Origin: Candidatus Moraniibacteriota bacterium
Lineage (GTDB): Bacteria; Patescibacteriota; Minisyncoccia; Moranbacterales; UBA1568
NCBI GenBank assembly: GCA_052035095.1
Contig: JBPOHW010000001.1
Coordinates: forward strand, 44,857 to 108,856
Length of the DNA: 64,000 bases
Direction: 5' to 3'
A program made the translations under genes and the position numbers. This document shows positions 18,493-28,300 of the stretch, piece after piece. The notes under the pieces were generated by a model, which saw only the letters and a program-made list of their open reading frames with translations, searched no databases and had not been told where the DNA came from. The stretch's first letter is position 1, and every line of letters starts with the position of its first letter.

Positions 18493-19572
18493 ATGGAAAA
18501 CAACGAAACCGAAAAAAAAGAGGGAATGGAAAAAAAACACGCGCGTTTTCGTTTGGGGACGATGCTTTTTGGCGTGATTCTCGTTGTCGGAATCAGTTTT
18601 GTTTCCAGCGCGTTTCTTGTTGTCTTTCATCCGGATACTTTGGTTGCCACCTTGCTTCGTCGCGTTCTTCCGTTTCCGGTCGCTGTCGTGGATGGCGCTT
18701 TTATATCCTATCGAGAACTTGATCGCGATCGGGAATCGGTGCGCAGGTTTTACGAATCGCAAGCAGAGGCGCTTTCAGAGCGGGGGTTTCGGGTGGATTT
18801 TGATACGCCGGAAGGGAAAAGCCGACTTCTGATCCGAGAGAAAGATATTTTGAACAAACTCGTGGAAGATGAGATTATCCGCTCGCTTGCCCGAGAAAAG
18901 AGCATTCGTTTTTCCGATGATGAGATAGAGAGGCAATTTCAAGCGGCCATTCAAAAAGAAGGAGGAAGTCAGGAAAATCTCGAAGATCGACTCAAAACTT
19001 TGTATGGATGGGATATCGAAACATTTCAAGAAAAAATCATCATCCCATCCCTCTATCGGGAGAATCTTGAAAAATCTTTCGAAGAAGCTCGAGATATAAC
19101 GGTGGCAAAATCCGCCATAGAGAAAGCGTCCTCCGCACTCAAAGACGGGGAATCGTTCGAAAAAGTGGCCGAAACATTTTCGGAAGGAGACTCGGGAAAG
19201 TCCGGGGGAGATTTAGGCTGGGTAGATATTGGAACGCTTGTTCCGGAACTGCAAAACGCCGCAAAGACTCAGGTGGTAAACAGGGTTGGTCCGATTATAG
19301 AAAGTTCGATCGGATTTCATATTGTGTCTGTGTTGGAGCGAAAAACGGAAGGTGAGAAAGAGCTGGCGCACCTGCGACAGGTATTTACTCGGAAACCGAT
19401 GTTTTCGGATTGGTTAAACGAGAAAAAACGGGAGAAGCTTGTCTTCATTTTTCCGCGCCGGTATATTTGGGATGCGGGAGTTGGTGCCGTTCTCTTCCGC
19501 GATGGAGAGCTGCGGTCATTTGAGAAACGCGCCCTCGAAAAATCCGAAGGCGATCCATCACTTATTTTCTAA
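18493..19572 (+). CDS. membrane-anchored parvulin-type peptidyl-prolyl isomerase (PrsA/SurA-like)
   Basis: TM anchor plus the PpiC domain motif GGDLGWV...GFHIV. Confidence 0.75.
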   Translation: MENNETEKKEGMEKKHARFRLGTMLFGVILVVGISFVSSAFLVVFHPDTLVATLLRRVLPFPVAVVDGAFISYRELDRDRESVRRFYESQAEALSERGFRVDFDTPEGKSRLLIREKDILNKLVEDEIIRSLAREKSIRFSDDEIERQFQAAIQKEGGSQENLEDRLKTLYGWDIETFQEKIIIPSLYRENLEKSFEEARDITVAKSAIEKASSALKDGESFEKVAETFSEGDSGKSGGDLGWVDIGTLVPELQNAAKTQVVNRVGPIIESSIGFHIVSVLERKTEGEKELAHLRQVFTRKPMFSDWLNEKKREKLVFIFPRRYIWDAGVGAVLFRDGELRSFEKRALEKSEGDPSLIF

Positions 19573-19599
19573 AAATAATTAACTTTTTACTCAACCCCT

Positions 19600-20886
19600 A
19601 TGGAAACCATAAACGTGTCTCAATCGGAAGAGATGAAAAAGGGAGAGGGGAGTCCGCAAAAATGCCGACGTGGCGGATCAATCGTCCTTCTGGTAAGTTT
19701 TCTGTTCGGCTTGTTTGGCGGCATTCTGGGATGGTGGGTCGGGCCGCGCCTTGCGAGCGATCTTAGCCTCCCACTCCCGCCCATCTTCCGAGATATTGCG
19801 AATCAAAAGGAAAAAAATACGTCGATGACGCTCCCTTCGGCGGTTTCTTCGGAAGAGGCGCTCCTTGTCGATTTGGTTGAAAAAAGCACGAAGGCTGTCG
19901 TGAGCGTCGTGATAACCAAAGATGTCCCCAAGTACCGAAGCCTTTTCGATAATCCGGGATTTCCGTTTTTCTTCGGAAACCCGTTTTATGAACGCGAGTA
20001 CGATACCGGAGAAACCGAACGACAAACGGTTGGCGAGGGATCCGGATTTTTCGTTTCTTCCAACGGAACTATCGTTACCAATAGGCATGTCGTAGATGAA
20101 ATGCAGGCAGATTATACGGTCATTATGAGTGACAAAAAAGAATACTCGGCGCGCGTCTTGGCGCGCGATCCGGTACAAGATATCGCGATTCTGAAAATCG
20201 AGGGCGATAATTTTCCGGCGCTCGACCTCGGCGATTCCGATGCCGTTAAAGTAGGTCAGACCGCGGTTGCGATCGGGAATTCGCTCGGCGAGTTTTCCAA
20301 TACCGTGAGCCGAGGCATCGTATCGGGTCTCAAGCGAAACCTTGTCGCGGGATCCGGTTTCGGCGCGTCGGAGCGACTTTCGGGCATTATCCAAACGGAT
20401 GCCGCCATCAATCCCGGTAATTCCGGCGGACCCCTTCTTGACCTTTCGGGAAAGGTGATTGGAGTGAATGTAGCAATGGCACAGGGCGCGCAAAATATCG
20501 GATTTGCGATACCGGTTAACAGTATCAAAAACGCTCTCAAGGAAGTGAAAGAAACCGGGAGGATTTCCTCTCCCTTTCTCGGGGTTCGCTATGCGCTTAT
20601 TACGCCGGAGATTCAAAAAGAAAACAACCTTCCGTTCGAGTATGGCGCGTTGGTGGTTCGGGGTCAAAAAATGACCGACCTCGCGGTCGTACCGGGATCT
20701 CCCGCGGATAAAGCCGGTATTGTCGAAAATGATATCATCCTCGAAATCGACGGGATTAGGATGGATGAAGAAAACCAGCTGGGCGATATCATCGGGACAA
20801 AACGCTCCGGCGATACCATAACGCTCAAACTCTGGCGTAAGGGTGATACCAAAGAAGTCAAGGTGACGCTCGAGGAGCGGAAGTAA
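19600..20886 (+). CDS. htrA: HtrA/DegP-family serine protease with PDZ domain (catalytically intact)
   Basis: Catalytic triad context TNRHVV / DIAILKI / GNSGGPLLD, followed by a PDZ domain. Confidence 0.85.
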   Translation: METINVSQSEEMKKGEGSPQKCRRGGSIVLLVSFLFGLFGGILGWWVGPRLASDLSLPLPPIFRDIANQKEKNTSMTLPSAVSSEEALLVDLVEKSTKAVVSVVITKDVPKYRSLFDNPGFPFFFGNPFYEREYDTGETERQTVGEGSGFFVSSNGTIVTNRHVVDEMQADYTVIMSDKKEYSARVLARDPVQDIAILKIEGDNFPALDLGDSDAVKVGQTAVAIGNSLGEFSNTVSRGIVSGLKRNLVAGSGFGASERLSGIIQTDAAINPGNSGGPLLDLSGKVIGVNVAMAQGAQNIGFAIPVNSIKNALKEVKETGRISSPFLGVRYALITPEIQKENNLPFEYGALVVRGQKMTDLAVVPGSPADKAGIVENDIILEIDGIRMDEENQLGDIIGTKRSGDTITLKLWRKGDTKEVKVTLEERK

Positions 20887-20906
20887 AGTAATCAGGGTCT
20901 AATGGA

Positions 20907-21749
20907 TTGTTCGGTCAAAAAGTAAAAAGTCGGCGCCGCTTGAAGCGAGGAGAGGAAGGGAGTACGATACGAAAAGAACAGCTCCCGTCTCTGATCGTAT
21001 CGATTATGTTTTTCCACATCGCCGTTTTTTTTGCTACGCTTCTTTTTTTTGGTTTTTTGGAGGCATTCATCGCTCTTCCCGCGCGATTTTCGCCGATAGC
21101 CGCTTTCTTTTTGACGGTACTCTTTCGAATGTCATGGCGCTTTGGCGGGTCAATCGGATCGGCGCTTATACCGACTCTGTTTTCACTTTCCGCTTACATC
21201 CTCCTTTTTTTTGTCAGTGCGCCGAAAGAAAAGCACACTTTCATTTTTTTGAGCTCGATGGTATTTTATGTGGCGATGCTTGGAAACTATCGCCTTAAGC
21301 AGTACAAGGGAGATGTGACGGCGCAGAGTATGTTGTCCTTGGTTGCCATCACCGCGCTTTTCTTTCTTTTTAGCGCTTTCTACGGAGTATTTCTCAACTT
21401 CCAGCGTTTTGATGAGGCGACACTGATGATTTCATACGGGATATCGGCTTTTTTGATCGGATTCTCTGCGTTTGCTCGATTGTTTCGGAATGAGACGCGG
21501 AAGGCGTGGTTGTCGTCTCTCCTCCTTGGAATTTTTGCGGCTCAAATAGGCTGGATTGGAAGCTTTTGGCCGTTTGGATACTTGACGTCGGGGGTGCTCG
21601 CGCTTATGATGATCTCTCCTCTCTGGGATACGATTCAGAGTGAAGCATTGGGAACGTTCTCAAAAAAACGCCTTGTCGTGCACACGCTTCTTATCCTCAG
21701 CTTGGTTGGCATGGTTCTCGTGAGTTCCCCCTGGCTTCCGGTGGTATAA
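20907..21749 (+). CDS. polytopic membrane protein (hypothetical)
   Basis: About 8 TM segments. TTG start at 20907; alternative ATG at 21003. Confidence 0.5.
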   Translation: MFGQKVKSRRRLKRGEEGSTIRKEQLPSLIVSIMFFHIAVFFATLLFFGFLEAFIALPARFSPIAAFFLTVLFRMSWRFGGSIGSALIPTLFSLSAYILLFFVSAPKEKHTFIFLSSMVFYVAMLGNYRLKQYKGDVTAQSMLSLVAITALFFLFSAFYGVFLNFQRFDEATLMISYGISAFLIGFSAFARLFRNETRKAWLSSLLLGIFAAQIGWIGSFWPFGYLTSGVLALMMISPLWDTIQSEALGTFSKKRLVVHTLLILSLVGMVLVSSPWLPVV

Positions 21750-21752
21750 TTA

Positions 21753-21915
21753 GGACTTACGCATTTGGCGCATTCCTGCCTGCCGGTAGGCTGGTCTTCG
21801 TCAAATGCTCCCCCGCCTCGGCGGGGACACTGTATGGCGCATACAATGAATTGTTTCCCAAACAATTCATTCCGTTCCTCGCATTTTCCTCGAACTGCAC
21901 TCAAACGCGTAAGTC
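21753..21915 (+). ncRNA. candidate structured RNA (unknown class) closed by a 10-bp helix ggacttacgc/gcgtaagtcc
   Basis: 163-nt intergenic segment with a perfect 10-bp terminal inverted repeat and at least four internal hairpins: gcatttg...caaatgc, ccccgcctcggcgggg, tgtatggcgcataca, gaatgaattgtttcccaaacaattcattc. Confidence 0.3.
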
Positions 21916-21939
21916 CTATATAGTAACGGATATTCATCT

Positions 21940-23112
21940 ATGAGAGCTGGTATAAAAAAATTTTTCTGGTACGGACTTTTCGTGGGAGGAGTCGCGATTA
22001 TCGGTGGCATAGCGGGTATCGTGGCGGATCGGACAATACTTCCGAAAATCGCGGCAGATAGTTTTCTCTCCCGATGGGATATTTTCAAGAAAGTTTCGGA
22101 GAATACCGTGATCATCAATAAGACAGAGCAAGTGGTGATTCGTGAAGATGACTCAGTTGAGACTATCGCGCTTTCCGCTTCTCCATCGGTGGTCAATATT
22201 CTTTCCGTCAGAAATGTTGGAACCGAAATCGGAAAAGCAGGGGAGGAAACTTCCAAAAATGTCGGAATGCTTCAGGGGAGTGGCGTCCTCGTCACCAATG
22301 ACGGACGTATCGCAACCTTCAAAACTGCCATTCTGGAAAACGCGAGTTACACCGTCTTTCTCTATAATGGGACCAGCTATCCGGCAAAACTTGAGGCGAC
22401 GGATTCGCTCACTGGCCTTGTGTATCTCTCGGTTTCTGCCGGTAATCTTCCCTCTATTTCCTTTGCCGATTCCGATGAAATTCGCGCCGGGAAAAAATTG
22501 ATCCTTATCGCCAATACGTCGGAGGAATATCGAAACCGTTATTCAACTGCTCTCCTCGGCAATACCGACAAAACCTACAATATCGCGGGTGGCGCTGTTG
22601 CCTCATCCGAGCGGTGGGAGGGAGTGTATGCTGTGGATGCGGCAAATATCGCGCCCTATCTCGGCGGTCCCGCCATCAACTACTCGGGCGATCTTATCGG
22701 TATTGTCGGGAACGCTCCCAAGGACGGCGGCTTCGAATCGTTTCTGCTTCCTTCGAACGCCGTCAAAGAATCGCTCGAGCGATATGTGCGGGGAACACTT
22801 GATCGTCGCCCGTTTCTCGGTGTTTCATACCTCTCGATCACCAAGGCCTACGCGGTCGCTCACTCAATCGAACGCGATCGCGGCGCGCTTATCACGACGC
22901 CCTCCGGTAAGCAGGGGCTCGCGGTACTCTTCGGATCGCCCGCCGAACGAGCGGGAATTCGCATCGGCGATATCATCCTCGCGGTGAACGGAGAAGAAAT
23001 CAATCTCGATACGCCGCTCTCAGTCGCAATCGGAAGGTTAGAGAAGGGGAAAGACGCTACGCTGCGTATCCTCCGCGCAAGAGAGGAACAGGATATTGTA
23101 GTAGGACTCTAA
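21940..23112 (+). CDS. HtrA-like trypsin-fold plus PDZ protein with all three catalytic residues replaced (pseudo-protease)
   Basis: Same architecture as htrA, but His context reads VTNDGRIAT, the Asp context is lost, and GNSGGP is replaced by YLGGPAIN. Confidence 0.7.
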   Translation: MRAGIKKFFWYGLFVGGVAIIGGIAGIVADRTILPKIAADSFLSRWDIFKKVSENTVIINKTEQVVIREDDSVETIALSASPSVVNILSVRNVGTEIGKAGEETSKNVGMLQGSGVLVTNDGRIATFKTAILENASYTVFLYNGTSYPAKLEATDSLTGLVYLSVSAGNLPSISFADSDEIRAGKKLILIANTSEEYRNRYSTALLGNTDKTYNIAGGAVASSERWEGVYAVDAANIAPYLGGPAINYSGDLIGIVGNAPKDGGFESFLLPSNAVKESLERYVRGTLDRRPFLGVSYLSITKAYAVAHSIERDRGALITTPSGKQGLAVLFGSPAERAGIRIGDIILAVNGEEINLDTPLSVAIGRLEKGKDATLRILRAREEQDIVVGL

Positions 23113-23122
23113 AACAATGAAT

Positions 23123-23149
23123 TTGGCACTCTCTCTTGACGAGTGCTAA
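23123..23149 (+). promoter_or_regulatory. CIRCE operator (HrcA site) upstream of groES
   Basis: TTGGCACTC-N9-GAGTGCTAA against the consensus TTAGCACTC-N9-GAGTGCTAA. Confidence 0.75.
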
Positions 23150-23204
23150 TTTTTTCTTTAGACTGGTTGGGAAGACGCGCGTAATTTGATTAACGGTTAC
23201 CCGT

Positions 23205-23486
23205 ATGAAAAAAGTGAATGTGGCTCCGCTTGGAGAAAATGTGCTCGTGTCATCCGAAAAGCCCGAGAAAAGAACCGAATCCGGTATTTTCCTTCCGGAA
23301 AACGCCTCCGAGGATCGCTCGTCGAAACAGGGGAAAGTGGTAGCGATTGGGGAGAGCGACAAGATCAAGGTAAAGCCCGGTCAGCATATCATCTACACTC
23401 GCTATGGCGGCACGGACGTAAAAATTTCCGGCGTCGAATATGCCATTGTCAAGAACGAAGACATTCTCGCTGTCGTGACCGAGTAG
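23205..23486 (+). CDS. groS: co-chaperonin GroES
   Basis: 93 aa. ...NVLVSSEKPEKRTESGIFLP...GKVVAIGE...YGGTDVKI... is the canonical GroES pattern. No groEL follows. Confidence 0.9.
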   Translation: MKKVNVAPLGENVLVSSEKPEKRTESGIFLPENASEDRSSKQGKVVAIGESDKIKVKPGQHIIYTRYGGTDVKISGVEYAIVKNEDILAVVTE

Positions 23487-23589
23487 AAGGAAATTTGTAG
23501 AAATTTGACAAGGTTTGTATTGAGCGTACAATACATGTCAATGAATCCGAAAAAGAAAGCAATTCGGAATTTTTTTCTCGAAGCGTGAA

Positions 23590-23616
23590 AATCGCCCCAC
23601 TGGGGCGATTTTTTTG
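23590..23616 (+). terminator. rho-independent terminator of groES
   Basis: aatcgccccactggggcgatttttttg. Confidence 0.75.
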
Positions 23617-23648
23617 TGCCTTAACAATTTTTTGTGCGGAGGTTTTTA

Positions 23649-24058
23649 TGAAGCCTGAAAATTTCTCTGAACTTGGCGTTGACTCTTCGATGAAAGCGCG
23701 TCATATTTTATCCCGTGAAGAAGTCGACAAAAATCGTGGTCGTGATGTTGGATTTCGTCTGTGTCCATGCAAAGTAAGAAGTCCGCATTTTCACACCGCG
23801 ACAGGTCCGTGGTGTGATATTCCGGAGTATTTTTTTAGGTGTCTTCCGGAAGGCGTAGGGTGTCACGATGTCGGGCTTTGCCGATTCAAAACGGAAGTAC
23901 CCGGAATTCTTCAGAGGCTCGTTTCGGAAAAAGAGGTGCGATTCTCACTGAGGCGAGCCGTACTTGTACAAAGGGCATCTCATTGCATGGGGAAGTTACA
24001 CAAAAACCTTCAGAGGGAATGTTCCGAGCATGCATTTCCAAGGGGAATCATACTATGA
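23649..24058 (+). CDS. hypothetical Cys/His-rich protein (very uncertain; the unit may be non-coding)
   Basis: ATG at 23649 with GGAGG 5 nt upstream. 136 aa with CPC...C...C...C. The unit is bounded by terminators at 23590 and 24271. Confidence 0.2.
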
Positions 24059-24266
24059 ATACACCCGTAGGGGAGACCGCCTTGGAACGCAAATGCATAG
24101 AATGCGGAAGAGCAATTTTCGAGTCTATGGGATGTGTCGATGCCGGCTCCTTCAACCGCTTAACTCCGCGATAGCGGAAGGAAAGTTACCGGAAGGTATT
24201 CGGGAGCGATGCGCGCAGTGTGTCGAAGCGACGCTACTTGCGCAAGAAGATTTTTCGTGAAGTATC

Positions 24267-25313
24267 TCAACTGCCCGACAGCGTTTTCGGGCAGTCTTCT
24301 TTTTTGAGAAATTCTTCGGCAAGCGTCATGGCTTCTTCGGGTGTTTCGATGATATGAATCGGCGCACCGAGCTTTTGCCAGCGTCTGATCCAGGTCATTT
24401 GTCGCTTGGCGTAGTGAATGCTATCGAAAAAAAGTTTTTCTTTCATTTCTTGCTCGGAAATCGTTTTTCTCAAGAATCGCGAGATCCACCGGTATTCGAG
24501 CCCGAAAGCATCGAGGCGTTCCCACGTGACGCCTCCTTCGTGAAGCCGCGTGACTTCCTCGATCATACCTTCTTCAAAACGCACTTCAAGGCGAGTTTTT
24601 ATTTTTGCGTCGAGAAGAGGTTTCGGAGGACAGAGGGCGAGAATAAGAGAATGTCGAATGTCGAATGTCGAATGTTGAGTTCCTGGTGCTTCATTCTTTA
24701 TTCCTAATTCTTTATTCTGGTTCTCCGCTATTTCTATCGCCCTCACGAGTCGTCGTGGATTTTGTCGGTCTATTGTTTTCGCTCGCGTGGGATCAAGTTG
24801 CTGAAGCATTTCAAACAGTTCCTCGGGAGTTTTCTTCGAGAGCACTTCGCGAAGCTCAAGATTTGGCGGGACATCGGGAATGTTTTGATTGTCGATGAGC
24901 GCCTGAATCCAAAATCCCGTGCCGCCACAGAGAACGGGAAGCTTCTTTTGACTCATAATGTCTTCGATTGCCGCGCGCGCGTCTTTTGCAAAGTGCGAAA
25001 CGTTATAGTCGTCATTCGGATCGGCAACATCGAGCAGGTGGTGGGGAATGCCTTCAGAAAGGTAGCGAGTAGTGGGTAGTGAGTTGTCAGGAAATTCAAA
25101 GGGAAAATTTTGAATTTTGAATTTTGAATTTTTCATTTCTTGATCCCTCTTCACCTTGCCGGTCCCCACATCCATCCCGCGATAGACTTGCCGGCTGTCA
25201 GCGGAAATGATTTCGCCATTCCACCGTTTCGCGATTTCAATCGCGAGCGAAGACTTCCCCGACGACGTGGGACCCATAATGACGATGAGTTTTTGCGGAG
25301 ATGCATTTTCCAT
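24267..25313 (-). CDS. miaA: tRNA dimethylallyltransferase with two repeat-derived in-frame insertions
   Basis: P-loop GPTSSGKS. DSRQVYRGMDVGTGK... then an insertion (KNSKFKIQNFPFEFPD from the aaattcaaaatt repeat). A second insertion (NKELGIKNEAPGTQHSTFDIRHS) is encoded by gaatgtc and gaattag mini-repeats. Confidence 0.85.
   Translation of the reverse strand: MENASPQKLIVIMGPTSSGKSSLAIEIAKRWNGEIISADSRQVYRGMDVGTGKVKRDQEMKNSKFKIQNFPFEFPDNSLPTTRYLSEGIPHHLLDVADPNDDYNVSHFAKDARAAIEDIMSQKKLPVLCGGTGFWIQALIDNQNIPDVPPNLELREVLSKKTPEELFEMLQQLDPTRAKTIDRQNPRRLVRAIEIAENQNKELGIKNEAPGTQHSTFDIRHSLILALCPPKPLLDAKIKTRLEVRFEEGMIEEVTRLHEGGVTWERLDAFGLEYRWISRFLRKTISEQEMKEKLFFDSIHYAKRQMTWIRRWQKLGAPIHIIETPEEAMTLAEEFLKKEDCPKTLSGS
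24271..24306 (+). terminator. rho-independent terminator
   Basis: ctgcccgacagcgttttcgggcag followed by tcttcttttttg. Confidence 0.65.
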
Positions 25314-25317
25314 TGCT

Positions 25318-28300
25318 TTATCGTGTTTCGATTTGGAAATTATTCTTCAACATCTCGATTGATTCCGGTTTTGGTTCGATGGAAAAAGACGTCTCTATCG
25401 TTTTCCCGCGGAGGCGGATGAATATTCTCGACGTTCCTTGGGGAAAGCTCTTCAAAATTTCAGCAAGGCGTTCTATGGTTTTTTCGGTCGCGGTATCGTC
25501 GAGCGTGATGGTGATCTGGTTTGCTGGTTTGCTGGTTTGTTGGTTGTCTGTACTTCGTAATTCTACTCTGCCTAATTCTTCATTCTTCATTCCTAATTCT
25601 TTCTCTCCTTCAAATTTCTGTCTCGTAAGGAGCGCCCTCTGCCACGTTTCTACTTCTTTCTCCGAGAGACGTTCGACGCGCTCGACGATGATTTTGGGTG
25701 TGCCGTCTTTGAGGGAGATTTTGCCACCAACCACGACGAGATGTTCGGCAACCCAAAGATGTTCGGTTTGCTCCGCGACGCGCGGGAAAACGACCGCCTC
25801 GATACGACCGGTCGTGTCTTCAATCGTCGCGAAATACATGGTTTTCTGATCTTTGGTATACGCTTTGCGGAGCGCAGAGATGACGCCGCCTATTTGCGTC
25901 GAGGCGCCTTCGGGCCGCTTCTCGACTTCGTGAATGGGAACGGCAACCTGCTCCAAGTATTCTCGGTAGTCGCTTGTCGGGTGATCGCTCACATAGAGTC
26001 CGAGGAGTTCCTTTTCCCACATCAACTTTTCGTGCTTTGTGGCGGGCGAGGTTTCGGTAAGACGAATGGCGCTTTTCTCGATGGGCATATCGCGGAAAAG
26101 GCTCATCGCGTGTGTCTCTTTTGTTCTCTCGCTGTTTTTGGCGAAGAGGAGAATGGTATCGATACTTTCGAGAAAACTTTTTCGCTCACCGAAGGCATCA
26201 AACGCGCCCACCTTGGCGAGCGCTTCGATGGATTTCTTATTGAGGTCCTTGGTGCGGACGCGCTCGATGAAGTCGGTCAGATCTTTGAATTTCCCGCCCA
26301 ACTTTCGCTCCCTTACGATAGTCTCAGTCACCGTCGTCCCGACATTTTTGACGGCGTTCAAACCGAATCGGATGCGCTCAACTCCATCATCACCCACGAT
26401 AACGGCAAATTCTTCAAAGCTCTCATTGACGGAGGGAGGCAAAACTTCGATGCCCATATCGCGCGCTTCGGCAACTTCGATTGAAACGCGATCGGAGTTG
26501 CTCTGATCGCTCGTGAGAAGCGCCGCCATAAAGGCGGTTGGGAAATGCGCCTTGAGGAAGGCGGTCTGATAGCCGATGAGTCCGTAACAGGCAGCATGGG
26601 AACGATTGAATCCGTAGCCGGCAAACGGTTCGATAAAGGCGAAGACTTTTTCGGCGACGGTTTTTGAAATATCGTGACGGACGCACCCTTCGACAAATTT
26701 CTTTTTCTGCTCCTTGATCATCTCAAGAATCTTTTTCCCCATCGCTTTTCGAAGCACGTCCGCTTCGCCGAGCGTGAAGCCGGCGAGGTCCTGCGCGATC
26801 CGCATCACTTGCTCCTGGTAGACGGCGACGCCATAGGTGGTCGCGAGAATCGGCTCGAGTTTCGGATGGAGATACTCGACGCGCTTCCGGCCGTGTTTTC
26901 CATCAATGAAGTCCGGAATCCATTCCATAGGTCCGGGACGGTAGAGCGCGACCATGGCGATGATATCTTCGAGCACCGTCGGCTTCAAGTTCTTGAGGTG
27001 TTTCTTCATCCCGCTCGACTCCAACTGGAAGACGCCGGTCGTGTGCGCCGCTTGGAGAAGCTGAAACGTTTTTTCATCTTCAAGCGGAAGCCGGTCAATG
27101 ATATCGGCGGTCGAGGCGTTTTCGGGATCGAGACCAAGGGAAGCGGCAAATGGAGCGAGGCGTTTGGTCGCGCGGAGAATACGCAGGGTATCCTGGATGA
27201 TGGTGAGGTTTTTGAGGCCGAGGAAGTCCATTTTGAGGAGGCCGATTTTTTCGATGTAGCTCGACTTGGTGGAAGAGGAGTATTGCGTTACGATGCCTTC
27301 TTTGGACCCGGAAATGTTTTGAATGGGGGTGTATTCCGTGACGGGATCTTTGGTAATGACGACGCCGCAGGCATGCATAGAGGCGTGGCGCGCGAGCCCC
27401 TCTATCTTTTGCGCGACGTCGATGAGTCTCTTGGCGTCGGCGTCTTTTTCGTACAGCGCTTTGAAATCGGGCGCTTCGGCGAGCGCTTTTTTGATCGAGT
27501 GGAATTGCGGGATGAGCTTCGCGACCGTATCGCAGAGTCCGTAGGAAAATCCGAGTGCGCGCCCCGCGTCGCGGATCGCCGCGCGCGCCGCCATAGTTCC
27601 AAACGTGATAATTTGCGCCACGTGATCGGCGCCGTACGTTTCGCGGACGTAATTCAAAACGTCGTCCCGGCGATCGTCGGCGAAGTCCATATCGACATCG
27701 GGCATGGAAATGCGTTCCGGATTGAGGAATCGTTCAAAGAGAAGGTGATAGCGAATGGGGTCGATATTAGTGATGCCGGTCAAATAGGCGACGAAACTGC
27801 CGGCGGCACTGCCTCTTCCGGGTCCTACGACGATGCCTTGCTGTTTCGCCCAATTGACGAAGTCCTGGACAATCAAGAAGTAAGATGCGAAACCGGTTTT
27901 CTCGATAACGCCAAGCTCGTATTCCATGCGGGTTCGGTGTTCTTCCGTTATCGAGGTGCCAAATCGCCCCGCAAGTCCCGCCTCGCAGAGTTCTCGGAGA
28001 TAATTTTCCGGCGTTTTTCCCTCGGGCACGTCAAAATGCGGGAGTTGTGTTTCGCCGAGTTTGATATGCACATCGCATCGATCGGCGATTTTCCCCGCGT
28101 TTTCGATCGCCTCGGGAACGTCGGCAAAAAACGACTTCACTTCTTCAGGTGTCCGAAGCGAGAGATCGAGATGGCGAAGCGAAAGGCGATTTTCGTCGGT
28201 TACCTTCCAGTTGTTCTGGATACAAAACAAAATATCCTGTATCTCACTATCTTCGGGACGGACATAGTGCACGTCATTGGCGGCGACGAGCGGGATTCCG

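Noticed and set aside
23620-24270. RNase P RNA or tmRNA in the unassigned unit after groES
   Set aside because: Only weak resemblance to the P4 region (gaagtccg). No GGUAAG/CR-II-III segments and no tRNA-like 3' end. It cannot be supported without a covariance-model search.
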